Counted from the stretch's first letter, positions 53,076-63,571 are shown. The stretch: 64,000 nucleotides of DNA from an uncultured Cellvibrionaceae bacterium (GCA_965650515.1 CBFGOY010000001.1:59289-123288); one strand, 5' to 3'. The notes: generated by a model from the letters alone, not told the origin. Program-made: numbers and translations.

Positions 53076-53225
53076 TGATTGGTACCGTCTTTACCTCACC
53101 GAGTGATCGGCAGGGTAAAAAGGCGCGCTGACTTCCCCCCTTGGCGGAAAAGCAGTGCAACAACCCACCTGTAAATATGCACGGGTGGGCTGTAATTTTT
53201 TGGCATATTAATTGAGGAAAATATC

Positions 53226-53495
53226 ATGGCACTGAGTGCTCAAGAAAAAGCTGCAATCGTTAAAGAGTACCAACAAGCGGAAGGCGACACCGGCTCGCCA
53301 GAGGTTCAAGTTGCTCTGTTGACTGTAAACATCAATAAGCTGCAAGGCCACTTCGCTGACCACAAGGCTGACCACCACTCACGTCGCGGTTTGATCCGTA
53401 TGGTTAACTCCCGTCGTAAGCTGTTGGACTACCTGAAAGGTAAAGACTCTTCACGCTATACTGCACTGATCCAAAAATTGGGTCTGCGTCGTTAA
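53226..53495 (+). CDS. rpsO: 30S ribosomal protein S15
   Basis: [35 protein letters not shown]. Confidence 0.99.
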   Translation: MALSAQEKAAIVKEYQQAEGDTGSPEVQVALLTVNINKLQGHFADHKADHHSRRGLIRMVNSRRKLLDYLKGKDSSRYTALIQKLGLRR

Positions 53496-53504
53496 GTGTG
53501 TACT

Positions 53505-53530
53505 GTGCCCGCCAATTGGCGGGCACTTTT
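53505..53530 (+). terminator. rpsO terminator
   Basis: GTGCCCGCCAA|TTGGCGGGCAC perfect 22-bp palindrome followed by TTTT. Confidence 0.85.
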
Positions 53531-53728
53531 ATTTCCGGCGGCAGGATTGTGCCGCGAGATTTTTTTAGGAAGTTAGCGGTATTGAGAAGCAAACATTACC
53601 GCCCTGACAGGACGTATGTTTACCGCGTTGATGATAAAAAATTAAAGCAGTAAATGAAGTGATGAAGAAGGCGCGTTCATGTAATGAAAAGCCGAACGCA
53701 ATTTAAATTGAAATGAAAGGATAAAAGA

Positions 53729-55867
53729 GTGAATCCGATTATTAAGAAATTCCAATACGGTAATCAAACCGTAACCCTCGAAACCGGCCGCATCGCCCGC
53801 CAGGCAACAGGTGCAGTACTGGCGACCATGGGTGAAGTCTCTGTTCTGTGTACTGTTGTGGGCGCCAAAGAAGCATCGCCCGGCCAGGACTTCTTCCCGC
53901 TCTCCGTGCATTATCAAGAGAAGGCCTACGCCGCCGGTCGCATTCCGGGCGGTTACTTCAAGCGCGAAGGTCGCCCATCTGAAAAGGAAACCCTGACTTC
54001 ACGATTGATTGACAGGCCAATCCGTCCATTATTCCCTGAAGGTTTTTTGAACGAAGTACAAGTGATTTGTACTGTGGTTTCCACCGATAAAAAATACGAT
54101 CCGGATATTGTGGCCATGATCGGTACTTCGGCCGCGCTGGCAATTTCCGGTATCCCGTTTAATGGGCCGGTTGGTGCCGCGCGTGTGGGATATACCCAGG
54201 AAGAAGGCTACATCCTCAACCCAAGCTACAAGCAATTGGACACTTCCGAATTGGATATGGTGGTTGCCGGTACCAAAGATGCTGTGCTGATGGTGGAGTC
54301 CGAGGCAAAAGAATTGCCGGAAGATATTATGCTCGGTGCAGTGCTTTACGCTCACCAGGAAATGCAAGCCGTTGTGCAAGCCTGTGCGGAACTGGCACGT
54401 GATGCGGGCAAGCCGCGTTGGGATTGGCAACCGCCAGCACCCAACCTGGCATTAAGGGAAGCATTGGCCAGCAATTTCGGCGAGTCCATCGGCATGGCGT
54501 ACCGCATCATCGATAAAGCCAAGCGTCGTGATCGCCTGGATGACCTGCGCAACCAGGCAGTAGTGGAGCTGGCCACCGAAGCTACCGGCTTCAGCGCCGA
54601 CGATGTGAAATCCGAATTCGGCAACTATGAATACCGCTTGGTCCGCTCGCGCATTGTGGCTAACGAGCCGCGTATTGACGGTCGCGACAACAAAACTGTT
54701 CGTCCCATTGCTGTAGAGGTGGGTGTGCTGCCGAAGGCCCATGGTTCTGCATTATTTACGCGTGGCGAAACCCAGGCGCTGGTTGTTGCCACCTTGGGCA
54801 ACGCGCGCGATGTGCAAATCATCGATTTCCTTGAAGGCGAGAAAAAAGAAGCTTTCATGCTGCACTACAACTTCCCTCCCTTCTCGGTAGGTGAGTGCGG
54901 TCGTATGGGATCAACCGGTCGCCGCGAAATCGGCCATGGTCGTTTGGCCAAGCGCGGCGTACAAGCGGTGTTACCGGCGGAAGCTGAATTCCCCTACACC
55001 TTGCGTGTAGTCAGTGAAATTACCGAATCCAACGGTTCCAGTTCCATGGCCTCGGTCTGTGGTTCTTCATTGGCATTGATGGACGCCGGTGTGCCGCTCA
55101 AGTCACCAGTGGCGGGCATTGCGATGGGCCTGGTAAAGGAAGCAGAAGGGTTTGCTGTGTTGACTGATATCCTCGGCGATGAAGATCACCTGGGCGATAT
55201 GGATTTTAAAGTGGCCGGTACCACCAGCGGTGTCACCGCGTTGCAAATGGACATCAAAATTGAAGGCATTACCGAAGAGATTATGGAAATCGCGCTGAAG
55301 CAGGCCCTGGCTGCGCGGTTACATATCCTTGGTGAAATGAACAAGGTACTCGCGAAATCGCGTACTGCGGTTAGTGAAAACGCCCCACGTTTTGAAACCA
55401 TTAAAATCCATCCGGACAAAATCCGCGACATCATCGGTAAAGGCGGTGCAACGATTCGCGCAATTACCGAAGAAACCCAATCTTCCATCGATATCGATGA
55501 TGACGGCACCGTAAAAATCTATGCTGACAACAACGAAGCTTTGCAAGCGGCTATCTACCGCGTCCAGGGTATTGTTGCTGAAGCGGAAATCGGTGCGATC
55601 TATGAAGGGACCGTGGTGCGCATTGTGGACTTCGGGGCATTTGTAAACTTCCTGCCGGGTAAAGATGGTTTGGTCCATATTTCCCAGATTGCGGAAGAGC
55701 GCGTGAATAACGTGAGCGACTATTTGAAAGAAGGCCAGGTTGTTAAAGTGAAGTGCCTGGATGTGGACCAGCGTGGTCGTATCAAGCTTTCAATTAAAGA
55801 AGCAGTGGCAGAAGAGTCAGGTGCGGTAGCACCTTCAACTCCTGCCGCTGAGCCTGCGGAAGAATAA
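53729..55867 (+). CDS. pnp: Polyribonucleotide nucleotidyltransferase
   Basis: [51 protein letters not shown] and S1 domains; GTG start. Confidence 0.99.
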   Translation: MNPIIKKFQYGNQTVTLETGRIARQATGAVLATMGEVSVLCTVVGAKEASPGQDFFPLSVHYQEKAYAAGRIPGGYFKREGRPSEKETLTSRLIDRPIRPLFPEGFLNEVQVICTVVSTDKKYDPDIVAMIGTSAALAISGIPFNGPVGAARVGYTQEEGYILNPSYKQLDTSELDMVVAGTKDAVLMVESEAKELPEDIMLGAVLYAHQEMQAVVQACAELARDAGKPRWDWQPPAPNLALREALASNFGESIGMAYRIIDKAKRRDRLDDLRNQAVVELATEATGFSADDVKSEFGNYEYRLVRSRIVANEPRIDGRDNKTVRPIAVEVGVLPKAHGSALFTRGETQALVVATLGNARDVQIIDFLEGEKKEAFMLHYNFPPFSVGECGRMGSTGRREIGHGRLAKRGVQAVLPAEAEFPYTLRVVSEITESNGSSSMASVCGSSLALMDAGVPLKSPVAGIAMGLVKEAEGFAVLTDILGDEDHLGDMDFKVAGTTSGVTALQMDIKIEGITEEIMEIALKQALAARLHILGEMNKVLAKSRTAVSENAPRFETIKIHPDKIRDIIGKGGATIRAITEETQSSIDIDDDGTVKIYADNNEALQAAIYRVQGIVAEAEIGAIYEGTVVRIVDFGAFVNFLPGKDGLVHISQIAEERVNNVSDYLKEGQVVKVKCLDVDQRGRIKLSIKEAVAEESGAVAPSTPAAEPAEE

Positions 55868-55930
55868 GTTCCGCAAGCCCGGATAAATGAGCGCTACCCC
55901 AAAAGTTGGAAATCACTGGCGGGGTTATTT

Positions 55931-55967
55931 AAAAAATGGAGTCCGGTATACCGGACTCCATTTTTTT
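55931..55967. terminator. Bidirectional terminator between pnp and tetR
   Basis: AAAAAATGGAGTCCGGTA|TACCGGACTCCATTTTTT, a perfect 36-bp palindrome. Confidence 0.88.
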
Positions 55968-55991
55968 GGCCTGCTGAATATCGGGGATAGG

Positions 55992-56630
55992 TCAAGTATT
56001 AGCGCATGGCCAGGTTGGTTTTGCGCTGAACCAAAATTCCGGTTTCAATCCAATCAAACGATAAATAGCGACAGGTAGGTCATTTTTTACATTATCGATA
56101 TTGCGCGTCACCCGCGCATGGGTGATGACGCCTTGCACATATTGCTGCATCAGCCGTGCGGTTTGCTCCACATCTTTTGGCTCGCACAAATAATTCCCTC
56201 CCATCAAGCTACGCACGAGCGCCTGATTGTATTTGGCGCCGCGCTCGGTCATTAATTGTAGGGTTTCAGTAATGCGTGGCTCACAGCATCCCGCTTGCAT
56301 GCCTGTACTGAAAAATGCGCATCCGGGAACATTGTCTTTATCATCACCTACTTTATTGACGTAAATAAATTGCAACCAATTTTCCAACTGTTCAAGCGGG
56401 GTATTAATTGGTGAGAGCATGCAATCCATGTCCTGGCGAATTTTTTCCCAATGGTGATTGGTAGCTTCGCAGAACAATTCGGCCTTGGATTCAAAGTGGT
56501 GGTAGAAGCTTCCCTTGGTCACGCCAGCTTGCTTACAGATTTCGTTTACACCCACTGCGCTGTAATTGCTGTTCCATATCAGGTCCAGGGCAGTTTCCAG
56601 TAACAGGGTCCGGGTATCGAGGGCGCTCAT
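55992..56630 (-). CDS. TetR/AcrR-family regulator (NemR/ComR-like, 8 Cys)
   Basis: HTH YSAVGVNEICKQAGVTKGSFYHHFESK. The start is set at ATG 56630 because the longer ORF start (56693) lies upstream of the -35/-10 boxes. Confidence 0.9.
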   Translation of the reverse strand: MSALDTRTLLLETALDLIWNSNYSAVGVNEICKQAGVTKGSFYHHFESKAELFCEATNHHWEKIRQDMDCMLSPINTPLEQLENWLQFIYVNKVGDDKDNVPGCAFFSTGMQAGCCEPRITETLQLMTERGAKYNQALVRSLMGGNYLCEPKDVEQTARLMQQYVQGVITHARVTRNIDNVKNDLPVAIYRLIGLKPEFWFSAKPTWPCANT

Positions 56631-56660
56631 AAACGGGAATCTCTTAAAAATGTTGTGGTT

Positions 56661-56689
56661 ATTATGATACCGGGTGGTATGTTTTTCAA
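56661..56689 (-). promoter_or_regulatory. tetR promoter with operator in the spacer
   Basis: TTGAAA-AACATACCACCCGGTAT(17 nt)-CATAAT. Confidence 0.8.
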
Positions 56690-56837
56690 TCATCTAAAGC
56701 CATGCCAGACTCTTGGTATGTAAAAGCTTCAAGCTTCGTGAAATTTCTGTAACCGAAGATCCTATTGATTTTATTGGGATTTTGGGGTCGCCTAAATAGG
56801 TGACAGTAGCGTTTGGCTTTGTTCGATAAAAATCCTG

Positions 56838-56867
56838 TTGACCAACATACCAACCGGTATGTATAGT
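56838..56867 (+). promoter_or_regulatory. Efflux-operon promoter with palindromic operator ACATACC-N4-GGTATGT (56845-56862)
   Basis: TTGACC-AACATACCAACCGGTATG(18 nt)-TATAGT. Confidence 0.82.
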
Positions 56868-56958
56868 TTGCCGAAATGTCTGGTTAAATCCTTTCTGTCT
56901 ATTACCCCAAGGGGGTTAACTCGCCATTTGATTTGCTAAAGAGCAACAGGAGCCCATC

Positions 56959-58140
56959 ATGACTAGCACAATCCTTTCTCGTAAAGTTTTAACCTATGCC
57001 TCCATAGCCATACTGACAGGTATTGCCAGTCTGTATTATGTATCAGGAGTTGTTGCAGCAACCCCCACCACCGTACCGCCTGCTCCAGCAGTTGAGGTTG
57101 TCGTTTTGCAGCCCAGGGAAGTCCGTACATGGGCGGGATTCTCGGGCCGATTGGCCCCGGTAGAGAGTGCCGCAATCAAACCCTTGGTCAGCGGTACTAT
57201 CCAAAAAGTATTGTTTACCGAAGGCCAGCAGGTAAAAAAAGGCCAACCCTTATTTGTCATTGATCCGCGTCCGCACCAGGCTTCGGTGCAGCGGGCACAA
57301 GCGCAATTGGCGACCGCTCAATCACGCGCAAAACTGGCGCAGGATGAGCTCGCCCGCGCCAGGCAATTGATTGGCGCCAAGCTGGTTTCGCAAAGTGTCT
57401 ATGATTCGGCGTTAAGCGCACACCAGGTCGCCCAGGCTGATGTAAAGCAAGCTGAGGCTGCATTGAACCAGGCAAAACTGGATTTGGAATACGCGCATAT
57501 CACCGCACCTATTTCCGGTCGTGTTGGCCGTGCAGAACTCACCGTCGGTAATGTAGTGGAAGCCGGTGTAAACGCGCCCGTGCTTACCCAAATTGTTGCC
57601 AACGACAAACTCTATGCAGAATTCAATGTGGACGAAGCAACCTACGTACAACTGGCGCGCAACAACCAAAACATACAATCCATGCCGGTGGAGTTGAGCC
57701 TGGCAGGTGATGAAGCTGCCACTTATGAAGGAAATATCTACGCATTTGATAACCGCCTGGATACCAACAGCGGCACTATTCGCGCCCGCGCAATCTTTGA
57801 TAATAAGGATGGTGCGTTAACGGCGGGTATGTTTGCCAATGTGCGTTTGGGTTCGGCTGAAAAAGTTAAGGTGTTGTTAGTGCCGGAGCGTGCGATTGGC
57901 ACTAACCAAAGTAAAAAATATGTATTGGTTGTCGATGAAAATAACACGGCGAATTATCGCGAAGTTATGCTCGGTGATCATTATGAAGGCCAGCGTATTG
58001 TACAAGTCGGCGTTAATGCCGGTGAAAAAATTATCGTTAATGGACTATCCCATGTGCGACCGAAAAGCGTCGTGACTCCTACTCTTGCCACTGTCAATAA
58101 GTCGGACGATGAAGATACCAGGTTGGCCTCGGTTCATTAA
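56959..58140 (+). CDS. RND efflux membrane fusion protein (MexE/OqxA-like)
   Basis: FSGRL, FTEGQQVKKGQPLFVIDPRP, ITAPISGRVG, GTIRARA, VPERAIGT. Confidence 0.95.
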   Translation: MTSTILSRKVLTYASIAILTGIASLYYVSGVVAATPTTVPPAPAVEVVVLQPREVRTWAGFSGRLAPVESAAIKPLVSGTIQKVLFTEGQQVKKGQPLFVIDPRPHQASVQRAQAQLATAQSRAKLAQDELARARQLIGAKLVSQSVYDSALSAHQVAQADVKQAEAALNQAKLDLEYAHITAPISGRVGRAELTVGNVVEAGVNAPVLTQIVANDKLYAEFNVDEATYVQLARNNQNIQSMPVELSLAGDEAATYEGNIYAFDNRLDTNSGTIRARAIFDNKDGALTAGMFANVRLGSAEKVKVLLVPERAIGTNQSKKYVLVVDENNTANYREVMLGDHYEGQRIVQVGVNAGEKIIVNGLSHVRPKSVVTPTLATVNKSDDEDTRLASVH

Positions 58141-58276
58141 CCCGATCCTTATCTGACGTAATTTACTTTTAAGCGCATCCGGATGCACCGGTAATTTTTA
58201 CCGGTGCTCTCCAAACTCATCCCGCTAACGCCGCGAGGTCATGACCTCGCGGCCATAAAAGCTGGCAGGTACCCTT

Positions 58277-61200
58277 ATGAATATCTCCAAATTTTTTGTG
58301 GATCGCCCCATTTTTGCCGGTGTGATTTCACTCCTGATTTTTATCGGCGGTTTTATCGCCATGTTTCAATTGCCTATTTCGGAATACCCGGATGTGTCGC
58401 CGCCCTCGGTGGTTGTCAATGCATCCTACCCCGGCGCCAACCCGAAAGTCATTGCAGAAACGGTTGCGACCCCGTTGGAAGAACAACTCGCCGGTACTGA
58501 AAATATGTTGTACATGTTTTCGCAAGCCACTACCGATGGTCGGTTAACCTTAACGGTAACATTTAAAATCGGCACCGACCCCGACCTTGCGCAGCAAATG
58601 GTACAAAACCGCATTTCTCAAGCGTTACCCAGGTTGCCGGATGTAACCCGTCAACGCGGCGTGACCGTGGTAAAAAGTTCGCCAGATTTAACCATGGTGG
58701 TGCATTTAATTTCGCCAGATAAGAGTTATGACGAGCTTTATCTGCGCAACTACGCGTTAATGAATATCAAGGATGAACTCGCAAAAGTGCCCGGTGTTGG
58801 CATGGTGCGCTTGTTTGGTTCGGGTGATTACGCTATGCGAATTTGGTTAAACCCCGAAAAAATTGCGGAGAAAAATCTCACCGCTAATGAAGTGGTTAAT
58901 GCGATTCGTGAACAAAACGTGCAGGTTGCGGCGGGAATTATCGGTGGTGCTCCTATTGCCGGTCCGGTGGACGTGCAATTGCCCGTAAACGCAAAAGGCC
59001 GTTTGGATAACCCCGAGGAATTTGGCGAAATTATTATTCGCGCCGGCAGCAATGGTGAGATTACCCGACTGAAAGACGTTGCCCGTGTGGAAATGGGGGC
59101 ATCGGAGTTTGCACTGAATTCCATGCTGGATAGCCAACCTGCGGTTGCCATTCCGATTTTCCAATCGCCTGGCGCAAACGCTATCCAAATATCCGATGCT
59201 GTTCGCTCCACCATGGCGGAATTAAAGAAACGTTTTCCGGAAGGTGTGGATTATCACGTTGTTTATGATCCGACTATCTTCGTAAAAAGTTCTATTAAAG
59301 CGGTAATCAAAACCCTGCTGGAAGCGCTCGCATTGGTTGTGGTGGTAGTGATTCTGTTTTTACAAACCTGGCGTGCATCCATCATTCCGTTGCTTGCGGT
59401 TCCGGTTTCAATCATCGGTACTTTCGCATTGATGTGGGCTTTCGGATTTTCTATTAATACACTGTCGTTATTTGGTTTGGTGTTGGCGATAGGTATCGTA
59501 GTGGACGATGCGATTGTCGTGGTGGAAAACGTTGAACGGAATATCGAAGAAGGATTGTCGCCGGTTGCGGCAACCTACAAAGCCATGCAAGAAGTAAGCG
59601 GTCCGATCATAGCAATTTCGTTAACGTTAATCGCGGTGTTCGTTCCGATCGCCTTTGTCAGTGGTTTAACTGGCCAGTTTTACAAGCAATTCGCGTTGAC
59701 TATTGCAATCTCCACCGTGATTTCGGCCATTAATTCCCTGACGTTGAGTCCGGCATTATCAGCGTTGTTACTAAAAAGTCACGATGCGCCCAAGGATCGC
59801 CTCTCGATTGGGATGGATAAAATCTTTGGTCGTTTCTTCGCATGGTTTAACCGCAGCTTTGCGCGCGCATCCGGTAATTACTCCACGCAAGTTGGGAAAC
59901 TGCTCGGCCGCAAAATGGCAGCGGTCGGTGTGTATGCGGCTTTGCTTGGTATCGCTGTGGTTGGCTTCAATATTATTCCCAAAGGCTTCGTGCCGGCGCA
60001 GGATAAACAATACCTGATTGCCTTCGCGCAATTACCCGATGGGGCAACCCTGGATCGCACAGAAAAAGTAATTCGCGAAATGGGTAAAATCGGTTTGGCG
60101 GAGGCCGGTGTGGAAAATGCGGTACAGTTTCCCGGCTTGAGTATCAACGGCTTTACCAATAGTTCCAGTGCGGGGATTGTGTTTTTTCCATTAAAAGATT
60201 TTGACCAGCGTACCAGTGATGATCTTTCTGCGGCCGCAATTTCACATAAGCTCCAAATGAAATTTGCGGGAATCGAAGAAGCGTTCATTGCAATTTTTCC
60301 TCCACCGCCCGTGCGTGGTTTGGGAACTACCGGTGGCTTTAAGTTGCAAATAGAAGATCGCGCTGGTTTGGGTTACGAGAAGCTGGCGGAGGTGGTGGCG
60401 CAGGTGCAGCAAAAAGCGATGCAACGACCTGAATTGGCAAGTGTATTTTCCAACTACAAAATCAATGTGCCGCAATTATACGCCGATGTGGATCGCACCA
60501 AGGCAAAACAGCTAGGGCTGGATGTGAAAGAAATCTTTGACACCATGCAAGTGTATTTAGGTTCGCTGTATGTGAATGACTTCAATCAGTTCGGGCGAAC
60601 CTATCAAGTGATCGCACAAGCGGACGCGCAATATCGCAACACACCGGAAGATGCGCTCAATTTAAAAGTGCGCAATGCACAGGGCGACATGGTGCCATTA
60701 GGGGCAGTGTTACGCATGGAAGAAAGCTACGGTCCGGAAAGTGCGGCGCATTACAACGGTTATTTGGCGGCGGATATTAATGGTAATGCGGCCCCGGGTT
60801 ATTCCAGTGGCCAGGCACAGGATGCAATCGCGGAAATCCTGGCGGAAGTATTACCCGCAGGAATTGTGTATGAATGGACTGATTTGACTTATCAGGAAGT
60901 GCTTGCCGGCAATACCGCCATTTACATATTGCCTTTATGTTTGTTGCTGGTGTTTTTGGTATTGGCCGCCCAATACGAAAGCCTGGCGCTACCGTTGGTA
61001 GTGGTAACCATTGTGCCACTTTCAATTTTGTCTGCGCTCTTTGGTGTGTGGATAAGCAAAGGTGATAATAATATTTTCACCCAGATAAGTTTGTTTGTAC
61101 TTGCCGGGCTTGCGAGTAAAAACGCCATTTTAATTGTGGAATTTGCGCGTGAATTGGAAATGCGCGGTATGCAAACCTATCAGGCGGCGATTACGGCGAG

Positions 61201-61507
61201 CCGTATGCGGTTACGTCCGATATTAATGACATCCTTCGCGTTTATTATGGGTGTGATTCCCATGGTGTTCTCAACCGGTGCTGGTGCTGAAATGCGTAGC
61301 GTCATGGGAATCGCAGTATTCTCCGGGATGCTCGGTGTTACATTCTTCGGTTTGTTCTTTACACCTATGTTTTACGTATTGCTGCGCAAGCTGGAAGGTA
61401 AGCGCAAATATCATCAACAGCTAATGCATGGCGAGGATGGACAGGAAAGAACCGGTGACCATTATCCACGGCAATCGACAATCAATCAGCACGAGGTGAA
61501 AGTATGA
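58277..61507 (+). CDS. RND multidrug efflux permease (MexF/BpeF/OqxB-like, HAE1)
   Basis: FFVDRPIFAGV, ISEYPDVSPP, GIVVDDAIVVVENVER, KNAILIVEFA, RLRPILMTS. Confidence 0.96.
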   Translation: MNISKFFVDRPIFAGVISLLIFIGGFIAMFQLPISEYPDVSPPSVVVNASYPGANPKVIAETVATPLEEQLAGTENMLYMFSQATTDGRLTLTVTFKIGTDPDLAQQMVQNRISQALPRLPDVTRQRGVTVVKSSPDLTMVVHLISPDKSYDELYLRNYALMNIKDELAKVPGVGMVRLFGSGDYAMRIWLNPEKIAEKNLTANEVVNAIREQNVQVAAGIIGGAPIAGPVDVQLPVNAKGRLDNPEEFGEIIIRAGSNGEITRLKDVARVEMGASEFALNSMLDSQPAVAIPIFQSPGANAIQISDAVRSTMAELKKRFPEGVDYHVVYDPTIFVKSSIKAVIKTLLEALALVVVVVILFLQTWRASIIPLLAVPVSIIGTFALMWAFGFSINTLSLFGLVLAIGIVVDDAIVVVENVERNIEEGLSPVAATYKAMQEVSGPIIAISLTLIAVFVPIAFVSGLTGQFYKQFALTIAISTVISAINSLTLSPALSALLLKSHDAPKDRLSIGMDKIFGRFFAWFNRSFARASGNYSTQVGKLLGRKMAAVGVYAALLGIAVVGFNIIPKGFVPAQDKQYLIAFAQLPDGATLDRTEKVIREMGKIGLAEAGVENAVQFPGLSINGFTNSSSAGIVFFPLKDFDQRTSDDLSAAAISHKLQMKFAGIEEAFIAIFPPPPVRGLGTTGGFKLQIEDRAGLGYEKLAEVVAQVQQKAMQRPELASVFSNYKINVPQLYADVDRTKAKQLGLDVKEIFDTMQVYLGSLYVNDFNQFGRTYQVIAQADAQYRNTPEDALNLKVRNAQGDMVPLGAVLRMEESYGPESAAHYNGYLAADINGNAAPGYSSGQAQDAIAEILAEVLPAGIVYEWTDLTYQEVLAGNTAIYILPLCLLLVFLVLAAQYESLALPLVVVTIVPLSILSALFGVWISKGDNNIFTQISLFVLAGLASKNAILIVEFARELEMRGMQTYQAAITASRMRLRPILMTSFAFIMGVIPMVFSTGAGAEMRSVMGIAVFSGMLGVTFFGLFFTPMFYVLLRKLEGKRKYHQQLMHGEDGQERTGDHYPRQSTINQHEVKV

Positions 61508-62964
61508 ATAAAAGACTTTCTATCCGCAGGGGGCTGGCAAAAACTTTTGGTATTGCTTTATTGCCATTAATGGCCAGTGCATGCAGCGGATTTAAATCGG
61601 TGGATAATGCGCAGCAACTTGCGCAACTGCCGGCGATACCGGCCGCATTCAAAGTTCCCCAGGCAGCAACTATCCAGCAACCGGTTGCCGACTGGTGGGC
61701 ACAATTGCAGGACACGCAATTAAATCAATTAATGAGTGATTCGCTGGAGCACAACCATAGCATTCGTATTGCGCAGGCATCGCTGGAGGAATCGCGCGCG
61801 TATTTGCGCAATAGCAAGCTGGACCGGTATCCGACGATAGAAGCCAGTGCGAGTGGTACCCGCCAAAAGCAGAGTGAGGATGTTGCAAATAACGCAGCTC
61901 CACGCATCAACGAAACTTTTCAGGCAGGCTTCGATGCAAGTTGGGAACTGGATATTTTTGGCCGCGTACGCAATGGCGTGAAATTATCCGAAGCGCAGGT
62001 TGCGGCGCGTGAAGCGGATTTGCAATCTGTGCAAATCATTGTTGCCGCCGAAGTGGCGAGCGCTTACATTAGCTTGCGCGGAAATCAATATTTATTGGAT
62101 GTTGCTGAACGTAACGCAAAGAACCAGCAGGAGTCTTTACAATTGACGCAGCGTTTTGAAGAAGTGGGGCGCGGCGATAAATTGGATGTTGCGCGCGCAG
62201 AAGCTCAACTGGAATTGACGCGCGCAACCATCCCGGTGTTGCACGCGCAAATTAATAGCGCGATCAATCGCATCGGCGTATTAACCGGTAAGCCCGGGGA
62301 ACAATTAAAAACTTCCTTGGCAAAAGTAGGATCCTTACCGGAAATTCCGGCATCCTTTGCTGTGGGAAGTCCGGCGGATTTGCTAAAACGCCGCCCGGAC
62401 ATCCGCCGCGCGGAGAAAGCCTTGGCAGGTTCAGTTGCCGAATACAATATTCGCGTGGCGGACTTGTACCCGGGTATCAGTTTTACCGGCGGCTTGGGTT
62501 ATCTCTCCACCGATTGGGATCGACTCGGCAACGGGGAAACTGAAACTTTTTTCTTTTCACCGCGAATTCATTGGGCGGCCTTTAACCTGGCAAGGGTAGA
62601 TGCGCAAATAAATGCGGCGGATGCGCGTACACGCCAACGCATCGCGGAATTCGAGCAACGTGTGTTGGTGGCATTGGAAGAAACAGATAACGCCCTGCAA
62701 AATTTTTCTCGCGAAGAAGAACGCCGCGCGGGGTTGCAGCGTGCATTGGCAGCGAGTAATCAAGCCGCATTTTTTGCGCGTAAAAAATTTGAAGTGGGTA
62801 GCAGCGATTTCCTCTCCGTGTTGGATGCCGAACGCTCACAACTGGAGGTAAGCGCGCAACTCGCGCAAAGTGATATGCAAATATTATTAAATCTGGTTGC
62901 CGTTTATAAAGCCTTGGGTGGTGGTTGGGAATTGCAACAAAACAAGCTTGCGGCAAATCCCTGA
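61504..62964 (+). CDS. Outer membrane efflux lipoprotein (OprN/NodT family)
   Basis: Lipobox ASAC, WWAQL.D..L, WELDIFGR, LLKRRPDIRRAE, YKALGGGW. Confidence 0.95.
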   Translation: MNKRLSIRRGLAKTFGIALLPLMASACSGFKSVDNAQQLAQLPAIPAAFKVPQAATIQQPVADWWAQLQDTQLNQLMSDSLEHNHSIRIAQASLEESRAYLRNSKLDRYPTIEASASGTRQKQSEDVANNAAPRINETFQAGFDASWELDIFGRVRNGVKLSEAQVAAREADLQSVQIIVAAEVASAYISLRGNQYLLDVAERNAKNQQESLQLTQRFEEVGRGDKLDVARAEAQLELTRATIPVLHAQINSAINRIGVLTGKPGEQLKTSLAKVGSLPEIPASFAVGSPADLLKRRPDIRRAEKALAGSVAEYNIRVADLYPGISFTGGLGYLSTDWDRLGNGETETFFFSPRIHWAAFNLARVDAQINAADARTRQRIAEFEQRVLVALEETDNALQNFSREEERRAGLQRALAASNQAAFFARKKFEVGSSDFLSVLDAERSQLEVSAQLAQSDMQILLNLVAVYKALGGGWELQQNKLAANP

Positions 62965-63009
62965 TGATGGTTTAGTTTGATCGTCCAGGCATATATAGGA
63001 TTGCTTTTT

Positions 63010-63062
63010 GCCCGCTGTGCCGCTCCTACCCCCCTGGGCTGTGCATAGGCGGGCTTTTTTTC
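63010..63062 (+). terminator. Possible terminator after the efflux operon
   Basis: GCCCGC...GCGGGC closing a long irregular hairpin, followed by T7. Confidence 0.5.
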
Positions 63063-63127
63063 ATCTTGCGTGAACTTTTGATAAGCTGCGTCCATCTTAT
63101 TTTTATCAACATCTTCTTGGAATTGTT

Positions 63128-63571
63128 ATGAACAACATCCAGCTTAATTGTCCCCATTGTTTTGCCATTAACCGTTTGCCTTCGGAGCGCTTAAACGACA
63201 AGCCGAACTGCGGCAAATGCAAGCAGGCATTGTTTGTCGGCAAACCTATGGAGTTAACGTCGGACAATGTTGCTAACACATTGGAGAAAAACGATATTCC
63301 GGTATTGGTGGATTGCTGGGCATCTTGGTGTGGTCCGTGCCAGGGCTTTGCGCCGGTATTTGAGGAAGCGGCGGCACGGATGGAGCCTTACATCCGTTTT
63401 GCCAAGCTTGATACGGAGGCCGCACCCGGCATCGCGCAAACCTGGGGAATCCGCAGCATCCCTACTTTGGTTTTATTTAAAGGGGGAAGGGAAGTGCAGC
63501 GCGTTTCCGGTGCCTTGCCAATGCCGGAATTGATGCGCTGGTTGCATGGGTCCGGTTTATTTGGGGGATAG
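63128..63571 (+). CDS. trxC: Thioredoxin 2 (TrxC)
   Basis: N-terminal zinc motifs CPHC and CGKC, active site WCGPC, IRSIPTL. Confidence 0.95.
   Translation: MNNIQLNCPHCFAINRLPSERLNDKPNCGKCKQALFVGKPMELTSDNVANTLEKNDIPVLVDCWASWCGPCQGFAPVFEEAAARMEPYIRFAKLDTEAAPGIAQTWGIRSIPTLVLFKGGREVQRVSGALPMPELMRWLHGSGLFGG

Noticed and set aside
53076-53225. S15 (rpsO) leader pseudoknot
   Set aside because: A CCCACC/GGTGGG hairpin is present, but I could not verify the pseudoknot or S15-binding determinants by eye.
56631-56693. N-terminal extension of TetR in the ORF track (MIEKHTTRYHNNHN...)
   Set aside because: It is the translation of the promoter/operator itself. Similar over-extended starts were trimmed for gluQ, dksA, uppP, nusA, bioB, rpmE, hslV and the DUF4136 and NTF2-like genes.
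55992-63571. Efflux cluster as a mobile island
   Set aside because: No transposase, integrase, terminal repeats or target duplication is visible. It may be accessory, but mobility is unsupported.
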